A DNA stretch of 63,931 nucleotides, counting the filler, from Atractiella rhizophila (lineage: Eukaryota): assembly GCA_021432655.1 (NCBI GenBank). It is 8 parts of 8 records of this genome, joined end to end, with 100 filler letters (N's around TTAATTAATTAA, not from the genome) between each part and the next. Parts side by side here need not be neighbours in the genome. Positions count along the whole stretch, not along the records: positions 1 to 8,869 come from MU272134.1; positions 8,970 to 17,830 come from MU272135.1; 6 more parts are not named here. One strand, written 5' to 3'. A program made the translations under genes and the position numbers. Below the pieces are notes generated by a model, which was not told where the DNA came from, ran no database searches, and was given only the letters and a program-made list of their open reading frames with translations. This document shows, piece by piece, positions 1 through 14,706 of the stretch (position 1 is the stretch's first letter; every line of letters starts with the position of its first letter).

Positions 1-640
1 TGTAATTTCAGACTTGTTCCCAGTCTCAACCTCGCATTCCGCACTCTCGCATTTCTAACCTTAACCTTTCCGTATACGCCGTATTCACATCATTCTGCTT
101 GCTCGATGTCTGCCAGGTTCACAAGGCTGAAATCTGCCTTGTTCCACAGGGCTGAATGTTTGCCTTGGACATTCCGGCCTGTCATCAGCAACCTCTCATC
201 GGCTCAAGCTTCGGGTTCGGTCTTCTGTTCATGAAAGTTGCCTCGCAATGTGACACTTTGCAGACAGAAAAAGAGTGTCATCCATAGGACCCATCCCATT
301 TCCTATTGCATGAGATGTTTAGCAAGCGGCACGGCCATGTCTAATTCTATCCTTGTCCCCGCTTGAAGCGCCAGGCATGATGAACCGACGGGGACTTTCC
401 GAGGTGAGACTTCCGCCTTGTTGAATGAATGACGGGATAAGACTTCCGAGTTAGATGACTGAAGAATCGGTGCTGACCGATGCTTCACCCACTCAGAATT
501 GCTACTTATCGCCCGTAGAATGATCTAACGAGATTCCCTCGGGAGGTAGAGGAAGTGGAGCCACAAAGTATATGAAAGAGGACTCCACTTTCATCTTATT
601 AGGAACCTAGGGCAATTTATCATTCCTAAAAATCAACAAC

Positions 641-1853
641 ATGGTGTTCGGTCTCCCAACATTCGCGACGCGATTTGGATTCCCTCAGTTCGATAGCTTT
701 AGGATCCCCAAGCCTACGTTCAAAGTAGAAGATCTCCCAGACCAAACAGGAAGGGTATTCATCATCACTGGGTGTTTATCTTACTTGGGGTTCGTGAGAA
801 TTAGAGGTCTAAATTTGGTTTTACAGCGGTTATGGTGGCATCGGAGAAGAAATTGTCCGCGTCCTCCTCCTGAAGCACGCAACAGCAAGTCTGCTTTGCT
901 AATCTCTGCAGTCGATCCTCACAATCATCACTTTTTTCCCGCAGATATACATTGCTGGTCGCTCTCGCTCCAAATTTGATGCGGCACTCTCCCGTTTGAA
1001 TGCGACTGAAGAACAGCTCAATTTTCTGGAACTTGACCTCGGAAGCGTGAAAAGTGCCAGATTTGCTGCAGCCAAATTTCTTACGTACATTCTCTCGAAT
1101 GCTTTCTACAGAAGATATGCAAACTTATCTTTTCTCAGGTTGGAAAGCAGACTCGATGTCCTCATCAATAATGCTGGTGTGTTGGGCTGTCCTGATGGCT
1201 CACGTATGCTGCCACGCCTCGATTTGCGTTCTTTATCTCACAGAAATATAGGAACTGCTGATGGTTACGAGGAAATGTGGGGTGTGAATGTGTTGGGTCA
1301 CTACGTCTTCACGCTTCCCCTACTGCCACTCATGGAATCTACTATCACGATGGCCCCTAATGCTGGATTCCCCGGAAGAGTTCGGATTGTAAACCTATCG
1401 AGCGCGGGGCATCAGTTGGCTCCAAAGGAAGGTATCGAATGGAAAGATAACAAGGAGAGAGGGACCGACAATGGACCTTGGTACGGTGGACCTTGGACAA
1501 AGCTAAAAGATTATGGGCAATCAAAACTGGTCCACCTTCTCTTTTCCTTTGAGAACTTACGATCTCATCCAATCGAACTAGGGAAACATTCTTTTCACGA
1601 ACTGTCTTGCAAGAAAGCATCCCAACATCCTTTCTCTGTCTGGACACCCTGGTTTGTGCTTTGCATCCAATGAATTTTCTGATCCCTGGTATGTAGGAAA
1701 CATCAGCACTGATCTGTATCGCAGTATGAGCATCGGCGATTTTGCAAAACGCTTCTTCCTCTATCCCACTGATTTGGGCGCATTGACTTCACTATACCAA
1801 GCTTTGAGCTGGGACTTGGATCTCAGCCACAAAACGCTTGGTACGGGCGTCCT
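641..1853 (+). CDS. Short-chain dehydrogenase/reductase (retinol dehydrogenase/WWOX-like), multi-exon, 3' end lost in N gap
   Basis: Spliced TG-GYGGIG cofactor motif after DQTGRVFII; LDVLINNAG, RIVNLSS and YGQSKL (YxxxK) motifs; several ~55-nt GT-AG introns. Confidence 0.9.
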
Positions 1854-2757
1854 NNNNNNNNNNNNNNNNNNNNNNNNNNNNNNNNNNNNNNNNNNNNNNN
1901 NNNNNNNNNNNNNNNNNNNNNNNNNNNNNNNNNNNNNNNNNNNNNNNNNNNNNNNNNNNNNNNNNNNNNNNNNNNNNNNNNNNNNNNNNNNNNNNNNNNN
2001 NNNNNNNNNNNNNNNNNNNNNNNNNNNNNNNNNNNNNNNNNNNNNNNNNNNNNNNNNNNNNNNNNNNNNNNNNNNNNNNNNNNNNNNNNNNNNNNNNNNN
2101 NNNNNNNNNNNNNNNNNNNNNNNNNNNNNNNNNNNNNNNNNNNNNNNNNNNNNNNNNNNNNNNNNNNNNNNNNNNNNNNNNNNNNNNNNNNNNNNNNNNN
2201 NNNNNNNNNNNNNNNNNNNNNNNNNNNNNNNNNNNNNNNNNNNNNNNNNNNNNNNNNNNNNNNNNNNNNNNNNNNNNNNNNNNNNNNNNNNNNNNNNNNN
2301 NNNNNNNNNNNNNNNNNNNNNNNNNNNNNNNNNNNNNNNNNNNNNNNNNNNNNNNNNNNNNNNNNNNNNNNNNNNNNNNNNNNNNNNNNNNNNNNNNNNN
2401 NNNNNNNNNNNNNNNNNNNNNNNNNNNNNNNNNNNNNNNNNNNNNNNNNNNNNNNNNNNNNNNNNNNNNNNNNNNNNNNNNNNNNNNNNNNNNNNNNNNN
2501 NNNNNNNNNNNNNNNNNNNNNNNNNNNNNNNNNNNNNNNNNNNNNNNNNNNNNNNNNNNNNNNNNNNNNNNNNNNNNNNNNNNNNNNNNNNNNNNNNNNN
2601 NNNNNNNNNNNNNNNNNNNNNNNNNNNNNNNNNNNNNNNNNNNNNNNNNNNNNNNNNNNNNNNNNNNNNNNNNNNNNNNNNNNNNNNNNNNNNNNNNNNN
2701 NNNNNNNNNNNNNNNNNNNNNNNNNNNNNNNNNNNNNNNNNNNNNNNNNNNNNNNNN

Positions 2758-3570
2758 GGTTGCTTACCTGCTACCGAGCAGACTCAGTTCGTTCGACCTG
2801 CTAGATAACCTTAAGCTCTAACCGTATCTGCGGAGAGAGCTTCCCCTTTCTGTCGCCACGTTGCTAGGGAACCTCCTTCTATGCTGTCTCCATACCTTTC
2901 GCTATCTCGGCGTATTACTACTTCTCTACAGAAAGCAAACTCTAAGTGCGCGAAGAAAAGCGTAATATGTAAGCTAGTTGGTTATCTCAGACGTCGCAAA
3001 GTATGTGCGTCTTGGGATGACAACTTTCAGGTATTTTGCAGGTTAACATAGCGTTACCCAACGGCTTGTCGTTTACTTACTCGTTTCCATGCTAGTGAGC
3101 CCAGATTTAGCGTCAGTTACCATACGCAATACGACACATTCCTCGTCGACTTGGAAGTAGTAGGAGCGCTCTTGCTGGAGTTAGCTCGAGACTCGCAAGA
3201 CGAGGTTTTGCAGTCACGGAAGGCGCTCAATCCCTCTTTACTAGTATGCTCGCTGTATAAGTAGTTTTCGGTAGGGGGTTAACACGGTTTGTTTCGTTAC
3301 GGACGCAAAAGTGGGGTCTTGGGTCGTATAGGCTTCTTTGCGAAACGCAGCAGGAGGTTTTTAGCGCGCTAGAGTAGTGACCTCCTTTCAACCATCTGCA
3401 AATTTTCTTCGGCTTCTTGGTCAACTTCCGACGTTTCAGGGTGCCCCCACTTACTGTGTTTTCTTCGTTCTTCTATGCGATGCCACTTCCTGTCCTACCT
3501 TAAGCGTAACCAAACGACGGCCTATCTTCCTCCTTCCATTCCCTCTGCTTCGACCTTGTGAAAACGATCA
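2758..3570. other. Mirror-image segment: natural-looking fungal gene sequence only when reversed without complementing (right boundary approximate, 3545-3575)
   Basis: Read backwards, 3566->3249 is a 106-codon hydrophobic ORF followed by a 50-nt GTATGA..CACTGAC..CAG intron. The complement read forwards gives a 59-codon acidic ORF at 2765-2941. Confidence 0.8.
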
Positions 3571-5538
3571 TGAAGATCCCTCAGCTTCTTGAATACATAA
3601 TCCTCCACGCCATTGACATTTTCTTTCGTGGAGAAAATTTGAATTTCGGCCTTTCGTCTCGTGTGGAGCATTTTCTCCAGCTCCTGCCTGTAAATGACCT
3701 CAGATGGACTGTTATGGTGGAACAAATTGTGTGGTACGAACCTCCATTCCTCTTCTAAGTCCGCCCGCTTCAAAAGAGCTCGTGCCTTCTTGTCATCCGC
3801 TTCAGAAATCGGAAGCATTCGCGTCTTCATGTCCAGTGTTAACCTGTCTCATTTTGAATGAGTGAAACGAGCAGGATGGGCCAGCGCACTCGTTAGATTT
3901 GACACCGAACCATCGTGTGCGTTCAACCTTCGTTCCTTCTGCTTCGTGCCTCAAGGAATCACTTCCGTTCTTGTATACCGAAAGAATATCAATACCGTGC
4001 GGATCGCAGTCGACGAGGCAAAGGATTGGAGTTTCAACATGGACTTGGGAAAGGTGATAAATGAAAGAACGTGTTTGAAGATCGGGGTAACCTTTGCCCT
4101 TTCACCACATTTTAACTAATCGTTTAGATTATTGGCTAAAGGGAGTTCTAACAGTTATGAAGAGAATTCTCAGATCAGTTTGAATGTGGACTAGGGTTTT
4201 GAAGACTGCCTGAAGAAGAATAGCATTAAGGCGGCTCAGGCTGACATGTAGCTTACCTCTTTTTCGATGACGATGACAAAGTCCAGATTTCCGAAAACGC
4301 CCTGAATCTCCTTTGAGTGAGGTATTGATGTCTGTTGCCATGTGAGATGGAGCAAGAGTATGAAAGAAATGAGATTGACGTTATACGTCGCGTTCCCAAC
4401 AAGCGTTTCCCCATTCTTCAAATCAATATTTATGGGTCCGTGAAGCAGTCCTTTCGGAGACGCAGCCTACAAAGGTTATAAGCTACGGGTAAATGAAAAG
4501 GCAAAAGTAGGACACGCACAACGTTCAAGTCGGCACGAGTGACAGCAAGAGTTGCCGCCAGATCGTCAATCCACTACAGAAACATAGAACGGAGGAAGCA
4601 GGCGGCTGTTGTGGTAAGAGCTTCTTACGGTATCCACTGTCTTTTGAGAGCCAAAGAGCGCAGGATCGTGGTAATAAATGTCCCTGGTCCCTCACAATGA
4701 CTTCTTCATCCTAAGGCGATCATTTCGCGTACCGTTTCGTAACCACTTTTCCACTCTCCAAAGCTCGTTTGATCTGCACCATGACCACTAACATGGCGGC
4801 TACACTTCCAAGGTTATGACTGAAGGATCCATAAAACAAAGAGAAAATGAACCAAGTTCAGCCGATCCACACTCTTTCCCTCTCTTCTTGGGAAAGGTAA
4901 AAGTCTTGATCAAGTTTGCAGATGTTTTATCCTTCCCCCGCCTCCTTCTCTCAACAAGATTAAGGATAACAGGCTCCATCTTTTTCACATGTGTCCACCC
5001 AACCACTTTCCACATTTTTGGTCGTTTTCGTCGAGCACAAGTCGGCACATCATCGTCGTCGTCTGCTTCCTCCTCATCCATTGTATTAATTGGATTCACG
5101 ATCATCGCTTCATTCTTGATGTGCATGAAGACTCGAAAGGCAATCTTCTCGAGAATTGTGATAATTTCGTTAGGGCTTTGTGGTGGCAAGTTGAAAGTAG
5201 GAGCAGACTGTGAAGCAGCTTCGGAGTCATCCATTTGTTCCCCATCGGAAAACATCTCAACGTCCAATTCCTCATTGGGCCCCGTCGGTTTGAGCGTGTT
5301 TTCACACTCCTCTGGAAGTGCGGTAGTAACAATGTCGCCTTCAGACTCAGGGCCAGAGAAACAAAGGCTTTCGTCATCCTCCTCTGCATTTTCACGGCGC
5401 TCTTCCACATCCTCGATGGATATCACAACAGATTCATTTTCGGATGCAGAATCGCAAAGGATGAAACTTCCAGCAGAGGAGGACGCGTCGAAAATTTCCC
5501 TTGAGTGCATTGTTTGAAGGGACTCTGGAGGAAACATC
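3522..5538 (-). CDS. SPO11: Meiotic recombination protein Spo11/Rec12 (topoisomerase VI A family), multi-exon; true C-terminus uncertain
   Basis: RDIYYHDPALFGSQ with catalytic Tyr (~4640-4685), DDLAATL, AASPKGL, VIVIEKE-AVF, GKGYPD, LVDCDPHG Toprim motif, KAEIQ; acidic N-terminal extension. Confidence 0.95.
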
Positions 5539-6459
5539 AGGGACTCCAAGGACTTCGCAGGAAAACATGCCTCAATGGATCTGATTGAGATGCGGATCCA
5601 CTCATGAACGATGAGCGAGGCCGATGCCGAAGGATGAAGGCGTTGCGATTGCTCAATTTCAGCTGGAGCGCGTTTCTGTGGTCACGTTTTCCACTTCTGC
5701 AGACTTTCCAAATCAACCACCACTTTGTGACTGGCTACATGCATCTTTGACACTCGACTTGTCAATAGAGCTTGCTACCTGTGGTTTTTTATTGTGCTAC
5801 ATTTTGAGGTGGCTTGCTCGTGGCGCTGCAAATGCTCTGACATATCCTGTCGCAAAGTCAAAAGTCATGAAAGACTTTGACTGCTATACCCCCTTCATAT
5901 CACAATTTCAAAATTTGCTGGGGATGAATGTATGTTTGCGAATGCAGTTTTCAACAGGACATAATAACCTATTTCATGGAACATGCTACGTTTCGGAGTT
6001 GTTGAAGGACTCACCCTGTCGCCCCTTTCTGGTCATGACCCATCAATAGCATTTCCCCTTCATTCCTAGACATTTTAGCTGTATTGTGCTCACGAAATAC
6101 TAAAAGGAGCAATAATCAGGCACGCGGGCGGGTTTTTATATGTAGTTGGTAGGAAACATCGACGGACGCCGCACACCGAATCTCAGATCCAAAAGGCGAG
6201 GCACAAATAGACAAAAAAATGCTTTCGTTGATCGGTTGGTCCGAACAACGCTGATCTCATTCTGACCTTGTCATTCCCTGTACCAAACTTTGAACAGCAC
6301 TCTTACTTGCGCACGGATGCTGCTGTATACAGACGACGGATTGACTAGAAGATATTCCGCACGAGCTGCCCCTAGTTAAATGATGCTTTTCCTTGTTCGA
6401 TCCGTGTCCCTCGTGTCCCTCGCTTCAAATGTGTTTGGGAGATGACACCGTAAAGACAG

Positions 6460-8006
6460 ATGGAGACTCCAACGTGTTGTCCTATTCCCGGTGCCTGTTT
6501 TACCTCACCTACGCATTATGAATCCCTGTGTACTAAGTGCCTCGCGGATGCTATGTATGGACAAGGGTGATCTTGAAGTGAACCGCTGTACTTCGGCCGT
6601 AAGGAGTGCAACAAACCTGCTTCGAGCAACTTCAAGGTCAGTGAGTAAGAGGTTGTTGGATTTGGTATTTTCTTGCGACATCTCGTCCAGAATCCTGACA
6701 GGAAGCGATGCCGAGTATGTGGAATGAACCGCTCAGGTGGTACGCATGCATTGTCACCCTCGGCAATTTCTTTCACTTCAACGACATTGGTCATTCTACA
6801 ATGTTTAGTGATCAGGTCAACGCCATTTGAATTCAACAGCACCTACCGGTCTCCTTATCCGTATATAATTGATCTGGGCCGCTGTAGATTTAGATTTGTC
6901 GCCCGCCTTCCTGTTGGCGACGATATCAAGCCTCTTCCCACCGAACTCCATGCTTGCGAACTCTCTAACGCGATCCTGTCAGGCTAACAGAAGAAGAGAG
7001 ACATCAATACTAGGATCAATTCAAAACCGTCGGTTCGTGTGTGAATGTGAGCAGTTGTTTCTCCTGGCGTTGATCTCACATAGGGTATCCAAAGTTAAAT
7101 AACGATTCTTAAAAGGCGAGCTGGTACTCTGTACCAGCAGACTGATGAAGAGACTCTTCTCCTTCTTCATCCCTGCCTCTTTAAGGCATACAAACGGAAG
7201 AAAAATGTCGTCTAGTGTCGAAGCAAGTGACAGATTGAGGTTCAGATTTTTCTCTCCAATTCTCGGTTTTTCATGTCTCTTTTCTGCCAGGAACTGTTAC
7301 ATTGCAATTTCGACTCCTCAAACCACACACGTACCAGATAATCCGTCCTTCCCTACCTGTTTCACCAAGCTGGAAGTCCAATTCGTGCCTGTAGAGCAAA
7401 TCAAGTTTCGGAGTGCGGCACTGTCCATTAAACTTGTGGCTAGAGAGGAGGATAATAACTCACCACGGGTGGTTGAGATGCGTCCTTATGGATCAAGCGC
7501 TGAGGTCACAATGGCTGAGAACATGTAAGCCATCTCCTTTGCATCAAGTTGAGGGAGGAAACCTGAGAGAAAGCCTGGGCGGCAGACGGAGATCTTGGGG
7601 ACTCCCGCCTCACTCTTCCCAACATCGCTACTTTCCCACTCAGCTAAACCCTCAATCACCTCATTTCCCAGACCATACTCATATTCGCGCTTCAGGATCT
7701 GGGTAACACTTTCTTTCTGCATCGTTCTAGCGTTCAATGTCTGACTGCTCGTATATCTCTGCAGAGTCGGGTCAAGCAAAGCAACCTGGATCCTGCAAGA
7801 CACCTCCACAGAGGTTCTAGGTATCCCTTCCGGTCTGTCATTGGGACTGACAGTCGCCCACGACGACAAAGCTTTCGACGCGTTCATCGAGGCAGAATTT
7901 GCTTTGCTTGATCAAAATGATTCAACGGGTGGAAGCCTGAGGGCTGCAGTGACAAAGCAAGGAGTTGATTGGAAGATCGCTTTTGATCACAGTCCAAGGA
8001 ACTGAC
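6460..8006 (+). CDS. Hypothetical multi-exon protein, possibly frameshifted
   Basis: Coding-like stretches KLEVQFVPVEQIKFRSAALSIKL (7360-7520) and ATWILQDTSTEVLGIPSGLSLGLTVAHDDKAFDAFIEAEF..PRN* (to TGA ~8006) with GT..AG introns; start uncertain. Confidence 0.45.
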
Positions 8007-8869
8007 ATTTTGAATAGCTTACCGTTTATGTTCGCCCACTTGGCGACGTTGTTTCCTTCCCAATTCGTCCACTCAAGTTACATTCTTGCTTCCACGGGGT
8101 TCAGGTAGTTAAAAGTGTCTGTTGAATATCAATGGATAGAGTACTTTCTAGACGCCAATCCCACAACAAGCCAAAGCATAAAGGTACAACAATACCGATC
8201 AACGCCCTATTTCACGCGTTCACGCGTTCACTCGAAATATATATTGTGGTCCGTAGCCTTTCCTTCGTTTGGCAGACCACCATCACCCTCAGATGCACAT
8301 CATTCTGCTGAGGTCTCCTTCATCTTCACATCTTTTTCCGGATCGACGGCTGCAGGCATACTCGGCAATTTTAAGGCATCATTGGGTATTAACAGCAGTT
8401 CTCCTTCCTTGATCTCCTGTTCGACGTCCTTATCTGGTGTATCCCAATCCTCAAACCGCAGCTTCTTGAAATCCTGCATGTCCGAACGCTCGAGTTTGAT
8501 AGACCGTTTGTATATGGAGGAAAAAGAGGATCCCAGAGAAGAATCAAGAGGAGTGTAGGTTACGTGGAGGATGAAGCGGAAGGCAAAATTAGCCGTGTGT
8601 TTACCTAGACAATGTTCAACACGCGTGGGATTAGCTTTAAGAACACTTACAACGAAAATAAATGGGTATTGATGGAGGCTATTCCCGATGCTTGAGTCCC
8701 GTTCAACTTTGGAAAGATGTAATGGAAGCATACGACTTGGTCAGTCGAATCCCGATGCGGATTCGGCCTTGTCTGCAACCTCCATGCATTCGCAGATTTC
8801 TTGACATTGACTTCATACGGAAAGTCAATCGTCGTCTTCCGGCGAACGGGTATCGGCGGTCGTCCTCCT

Positions 8870-8969
8870 NNNNNNNNNNNNNNNNNNNNNNNNNNNNNNN
8901 NNNNNNNNNNNNNTTAATTAATTAANNNNNNNNNNNNNNNNNNNNNNNNNNNNNNNNNNNNNNNNNNNN
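8870..8969. other. Artificial scaffold-joining spacer N44-TTAATTAATTAA-N44; identical spacers at 17831-17930, 26789-26888, 35735-35834, 44613-44712, 53426-53525, 62211-62310
   Basis: Exactly 100 bp each, stop codons in all six frames; genes are truncated at the spacers; intervening pieces are 8861, 8858, 8846, 8778, 8713 and 8685 bp, in descending order. Confidence 0.98.
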
Positions 8970-9665
8970 TTAGTTCCATTCTCGCTGTTGTCGGATCAGC
9001 CATGGTCTATACGTGGGGAGTCGGGACTGGTAAGTATCCATTATGTATAGGCTAGGAGTAAACTGACTTTCAGATCGGTAGGTTCTGACAAGTGGATTGG
9101 ATATCAAGTGCTGGCGGGACTTGGTGTCGGGTTGGCGTTCATGGTGCCAGTGAACATTGTCCAGGCTGCTTACACGGGTTCTCTTCATACTTTCGAAGTG
9201 TGGCGAAACTGACGGCCTGTATTGTAAGGCACGAGAGATGTTGAGATTGTAACGGCCATTACAATCTTCTTCCAAACACTCGGGGGTTGCTTTTTCGTTT
9301 CAATCAGTGAGGGCTTTCAAATATGAAGGGCAATCGCTAACACCTCTCAGGTCAATCCATCTACCAGAACTTTCTCTTGAACAACTTGATTGCCTCCGTC
9401 CCTCCAGATCAAGTAGGCCCGATCATCGCCAACGGGCTATCAGCCTTCAGGAAGTTTGTTCCACCCGAGCTATTGCCAGTAGTTGTTGAGGCAGCAATGT
9501 ACGCTTTCAACGAGCTTCATGATAACAGCCATTGATTTTCTTTGTAGGGATGCCCTCAAGAAAGCCTTCATCCCTCCCATAGCCCTATCCGCATGTCTTG
9601 CACTTGTTGCTCCACTTCTTCCTTGGAACAGCGTGAAGGGGCAACAGGTGTCGGTGACTGCTTGA
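8970..9665 (+). CDS. MFS drug:H+ antiporter (DHA14-like), 3' part only
   Basis: [75 protein letters not shown]; four short introns. Confidence 0.88.
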
Positions 9666-9938
9666 TCTGGTTTGGCTTGATGTGCAAGGTGGTGCAAGAT
9701 GAGGTCCTAACGTTACGATGTAAATGGTGCGATAGATGACCAAATGTTTACGATGTATGTATTACGGTGCTCATAAAGCGATGTATTTTTTTTCTCAGAC
9801 TGGCACTCCCTCGCACTCCCTCAATTTCAGAGAAACAACAGAACCTCACGTTTGACCACAGAGCTATACAACAATCCAAACATCTCAGGCTTAGGCTGAA
9901 TCTATCTCTTCTAAGAAGCTGACATGGAATCAATACCT

Positions 9939-11543
<1,605 letters not shown>

Positions 11544-11674
11544 GNNNNNNNNNNNNNNNNNNNNNNNNNNNNNNNNNNNNNNNNNNNNNNNNNNNNNNNN
11601 NNNNNNNNNNNNNNNNNNNNNNNNNNNNNNNNNNNNNNNNNNNNNNNNNNNNNNNNNNNNNNNNNNNNNNNNNN

Positions 11675-12946
11675 GACTCGGATTTCGATGACAGCGATAC
11701 AGATGGGAGTAAAGGAGGCTGGGACGCTTCTATAAAAGAAATAGACAAGTTCGTCCTTCCTTTATCTTGCCATCTGGATTGAACATGATGCCCTTCAGTC
11801 TCTGTGAATCGTCCATCGCTTCTCCCTCCGTCCCACTTCTCGCGATCATTCCGTGGGCACCACTTCCACACGGTCCGGAAGCTGTCCAGTCCTATATTTC
11901 GAAGCTGCTCCAGCTCCCGTCCCTTCTCTCGCTGGCACTCCAACACCCCTCTGCCACCTCTTCCGACGCGTCCGCTCAACACTCGACACCTTCTCCAGTC
12001 CGCGGGTTTCGCTACCTTCTCGACAATCCTACTGCTACCGCACATATGTTGGACGATGGGTTCATCACCGCTTTACAACTGCTTGGGTCCAAAGGTTACG
12101 TGTTCGAGGTCAACGTCAATGTCCAGGAACAAGGACTCGCCATCCTTGATCAGGTGTCAGAGATGGTGAAGAGGACAAATGAGAGTCAACCGGAGAACGA
12201 GCGCACGAAGTTTATCATCGACCACTTTGGAAAGCCCTCCCTCAAAGGCACACCGACCAACACACCACAGTTCTCATCTACCAATCCCCTTTCCGGTTAC
12301 CTCAACAGTCTCTTTGAACTCGCCCTGCAATCCACAGTCTATCTCAAGCTCTCCGGACTGATTANNNNNNNNNNNNNNNNNNNNNNNNNNNNNNNNNNNN
12401 NNNNNNNNNNNNNNNNNNNNNNNNNNNNNNNNNNNNNNNNNNNNNNNNNNNNNNNNNNNNNNNNNNNNNNNNNNNNNNNNNNNNNNNNNNNNNNNNNNNN
12501 NNNNNNNNNNNNNNNNNNNNNNNNNNNNNNNNNNNNNNNNNNNNNNNNNNNNNNNNNNNNNNNNNNNNNNNNNNNNNNNNNNNNNNNNNNNNNNNNNNNN
12601 NNNNNNNNNNNNNNNNNNNNNNNNNNNNNNNNNNNNNNNNNNNNNNNNNNNNNNNNNNNNNNNNNNNNNNNNNNNNNNNNNNNNNNNNNNNNNNNNNNNN
12701 NNNNNNNNNNNNNNNNNNNNNNNNNNNNNNNNNNNNNNNNNNNNNNNNNNNNNNNNNNNNNNNNNNNNNNNNNNNNNNNNNNNNNNNNNNNNNNNNNNNG
12801 AACCCAATCAAGAGTTGCGTCTTGAGGAACTTGCATATGAATTTGAGCTGGCGTTGTACCGCGAGACCCTGGTCGAGATTGGGCTGGAAGGTGAAGCGTT
12901 GGATAGGATTTTCTTCCTTAATGCGAAAGAGTTCTATTCATTCTGA
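11675..12946 (+). CDS. Amidohydrolase_2 family protein (L-rhamnono-lactonase-like), interrupted by N gaps
   Basis: AIIPWAP, VRGFRYLL, GYVFEV, FIIDHFGKP, VYLKLSG motifs; C-terminal DRIFFLNAKEFYSF*. Confidence 0.82.
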
Positions 12947-13229
12947 GGGTTAAGTGACTGTGCATTGGGTTGGGTTTTGTGTAGCATCAAAAGGGAGAGA
13001 AAGAAAAACAGACTTGTTATAAATCAGCTTGAATACAAATGAAATGTGCTTCTATCAAATTGTCTGGGACTACCTGCAATTTGAGCTCTCCCTCAGTTGA
13101 ATTGAATTCATTGTGCATTCCATTCCAGCAATATTCTACAGTGCTTCGTGTCCCAAATTACCATCATTTATGCTCACGTCCGAACATACCTGTCCCGTCA
13201 TTAGTTTTGCTATGGATACCACAACTATC

Positions 13230-14706
13230 TCAACAGAACACATACGTTGCATCGATCTGCTTCACCTGGGGAAGCATCAACATCACCTTCCTCCGATACG
13301 CCGAGCCTTCCTCCCTCTGCAGTGGGTTTCCCTCAAGGTAGATGGTCGATAAGTTGGGGTTATGTTCCTGGGAGAGAGGGAGGGAATCGAGAGAAGATAA
13401 TTTGTTATCGTTTGCCTGCCCGATCGCATACGATAGGTCAGTGAAGGAAGTTGCGGCACTGCGAAGAAGAGGGACAGACCCAAAAGTCTTCCAATTCTGT
13501 GAGATGGGAGAGAGGGGCGATGGTAGCGATTTTATTCGCGGCACAGTCTAAAATCGTGAGTTTTTTCTACGTCCCTTTCAGTCTCCACCAAGATGAACCA
13601 ATAGGTCGCACTCACGTTCTCCTCTAGTCCCTCAAGGACTGTCAACCCATTATGACTCAAATACAGCTCCTCTAACTTCGTCAGCGTCCTCAGTGTCTCT
13701 CCTATCTCCGTGAGGCGATTACTTTGCACGGAAAGTGTCTTGAGATTGACCAATTCCTCCAATCCGGCTAAAGAAGTAATCTTGTTTTTCCCTAGCCAAA
13801 GCATGGTCAGCGTTGGAGCCAATGGGGATAGGTTTTCAATTTTCCGTAAGCGGTTGCCGCCTAATTCGAGGTATGTGAGGGAGGAGAAGGAGGAGAGATT
13901 CTCGACGCGGGAGATCTTGTTTTGGACAAAGTAGAGGTGGGTGAGTGTTTGCCGGAGGGATGATTGGGAGAGATGGCCATTTATCTTTTTGATCAGATTA
14001 AAGGAGAGGTCGAGACTCCTGTTCTCACCACTCATTAGCAAAATTCGAAATCTGAAAATCAGCAAGGGAGACCAACGTAAGTTTTGGGAGGTCATCCAGT
14101 CCTCCGATTTCCTTTATTTTGTTGTCATATAGATCGATTTCCTCCAACTCCGGCAGATTGGATAGAGGCTCCAGGGGTTTGTCATCTTCTCCTTCCGAAA
14201 GGACGAGTGTAGGAATCTCATTTTGGCGTAAACAGATCCTCTATGGCTGGACTGAGGATAGCAATCAAATAGAAGGGAGCATTACGTACTTTCAGCTTGG
14301 TGAAGGGACGGAAATCTAAACCCTTGAGAGTCTTGATTCGTGCATGGGTGAGCTCAAGGTCTTCACTGTCTAGAGGAACTCCAGCAAGTACGTGATCTGA
14401 TGTCTCTGCCGATCCGCATACAAATCACCACACCTGTGTTGTCTAATCGAAAACCCACTCACCAACATCCCCATTTTCGACCTCGGAAACGCGTTTCTGA
14501 TCCTCAAACGCCCTCTCGTCCAACAATTTTTCCTTCCCTTCGCCCTCAGCCCCAGAATCTTCGCTGTCTTCCTCATCCTTGTTCCGCCCTGTCGCAGGTC
14601 GTTCAGAAGTGGTAACATTCCCTTGAACTGTTACCGCGCCGAGTCTAATTGCTCCACTTGCGCTGGATTCTGCAATTGGTTCGTTTACACCGTTTACGCT
14701 AGACAT
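13230..14706 (-). CDS. SDS22: Protein phosphatase 1 regulatory subunit Sds22 (LRR protein); last exon approximate
   Basis: Tandem LRRs (LDLSFNLIKKI, LYFVQNKISRVE, LELGGNRLRKIE, LWLGKNKIT, LSVQSNRLT) and cap TIYLEGNPLQ..YRRKVMLMLPQVKQIDAT. Confidence 0.94.

Noticed and set aside
50..70. CTAACCTTAACC near the window start as a telomere
   Set aside because: Two imperfect units, not CCCTAA and not terminal.
1654..2821. Long ORFs running through N runs (also 12274-12836 and 59095-60336)
   Set aside because: Artefacts of translating gaps as X.
7486..7887. Minus-strand 133-aa ORF (and 6516-6842)
   Set aside because: Splice signals and protein-like sequence favour a plus-strand gene; likely antisense shadows.
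8300..8869. Possible 3' end of a minus-strand gene
   Set aside because: Coding-like, but no consistent splice model or family could be derived.
8914..8925. TTAATTAATTAA recurring at ~8.8-kb spacing as a biological periodic repeat
   Set aside because: Always centred in N44 flanks; an artificial spacer.
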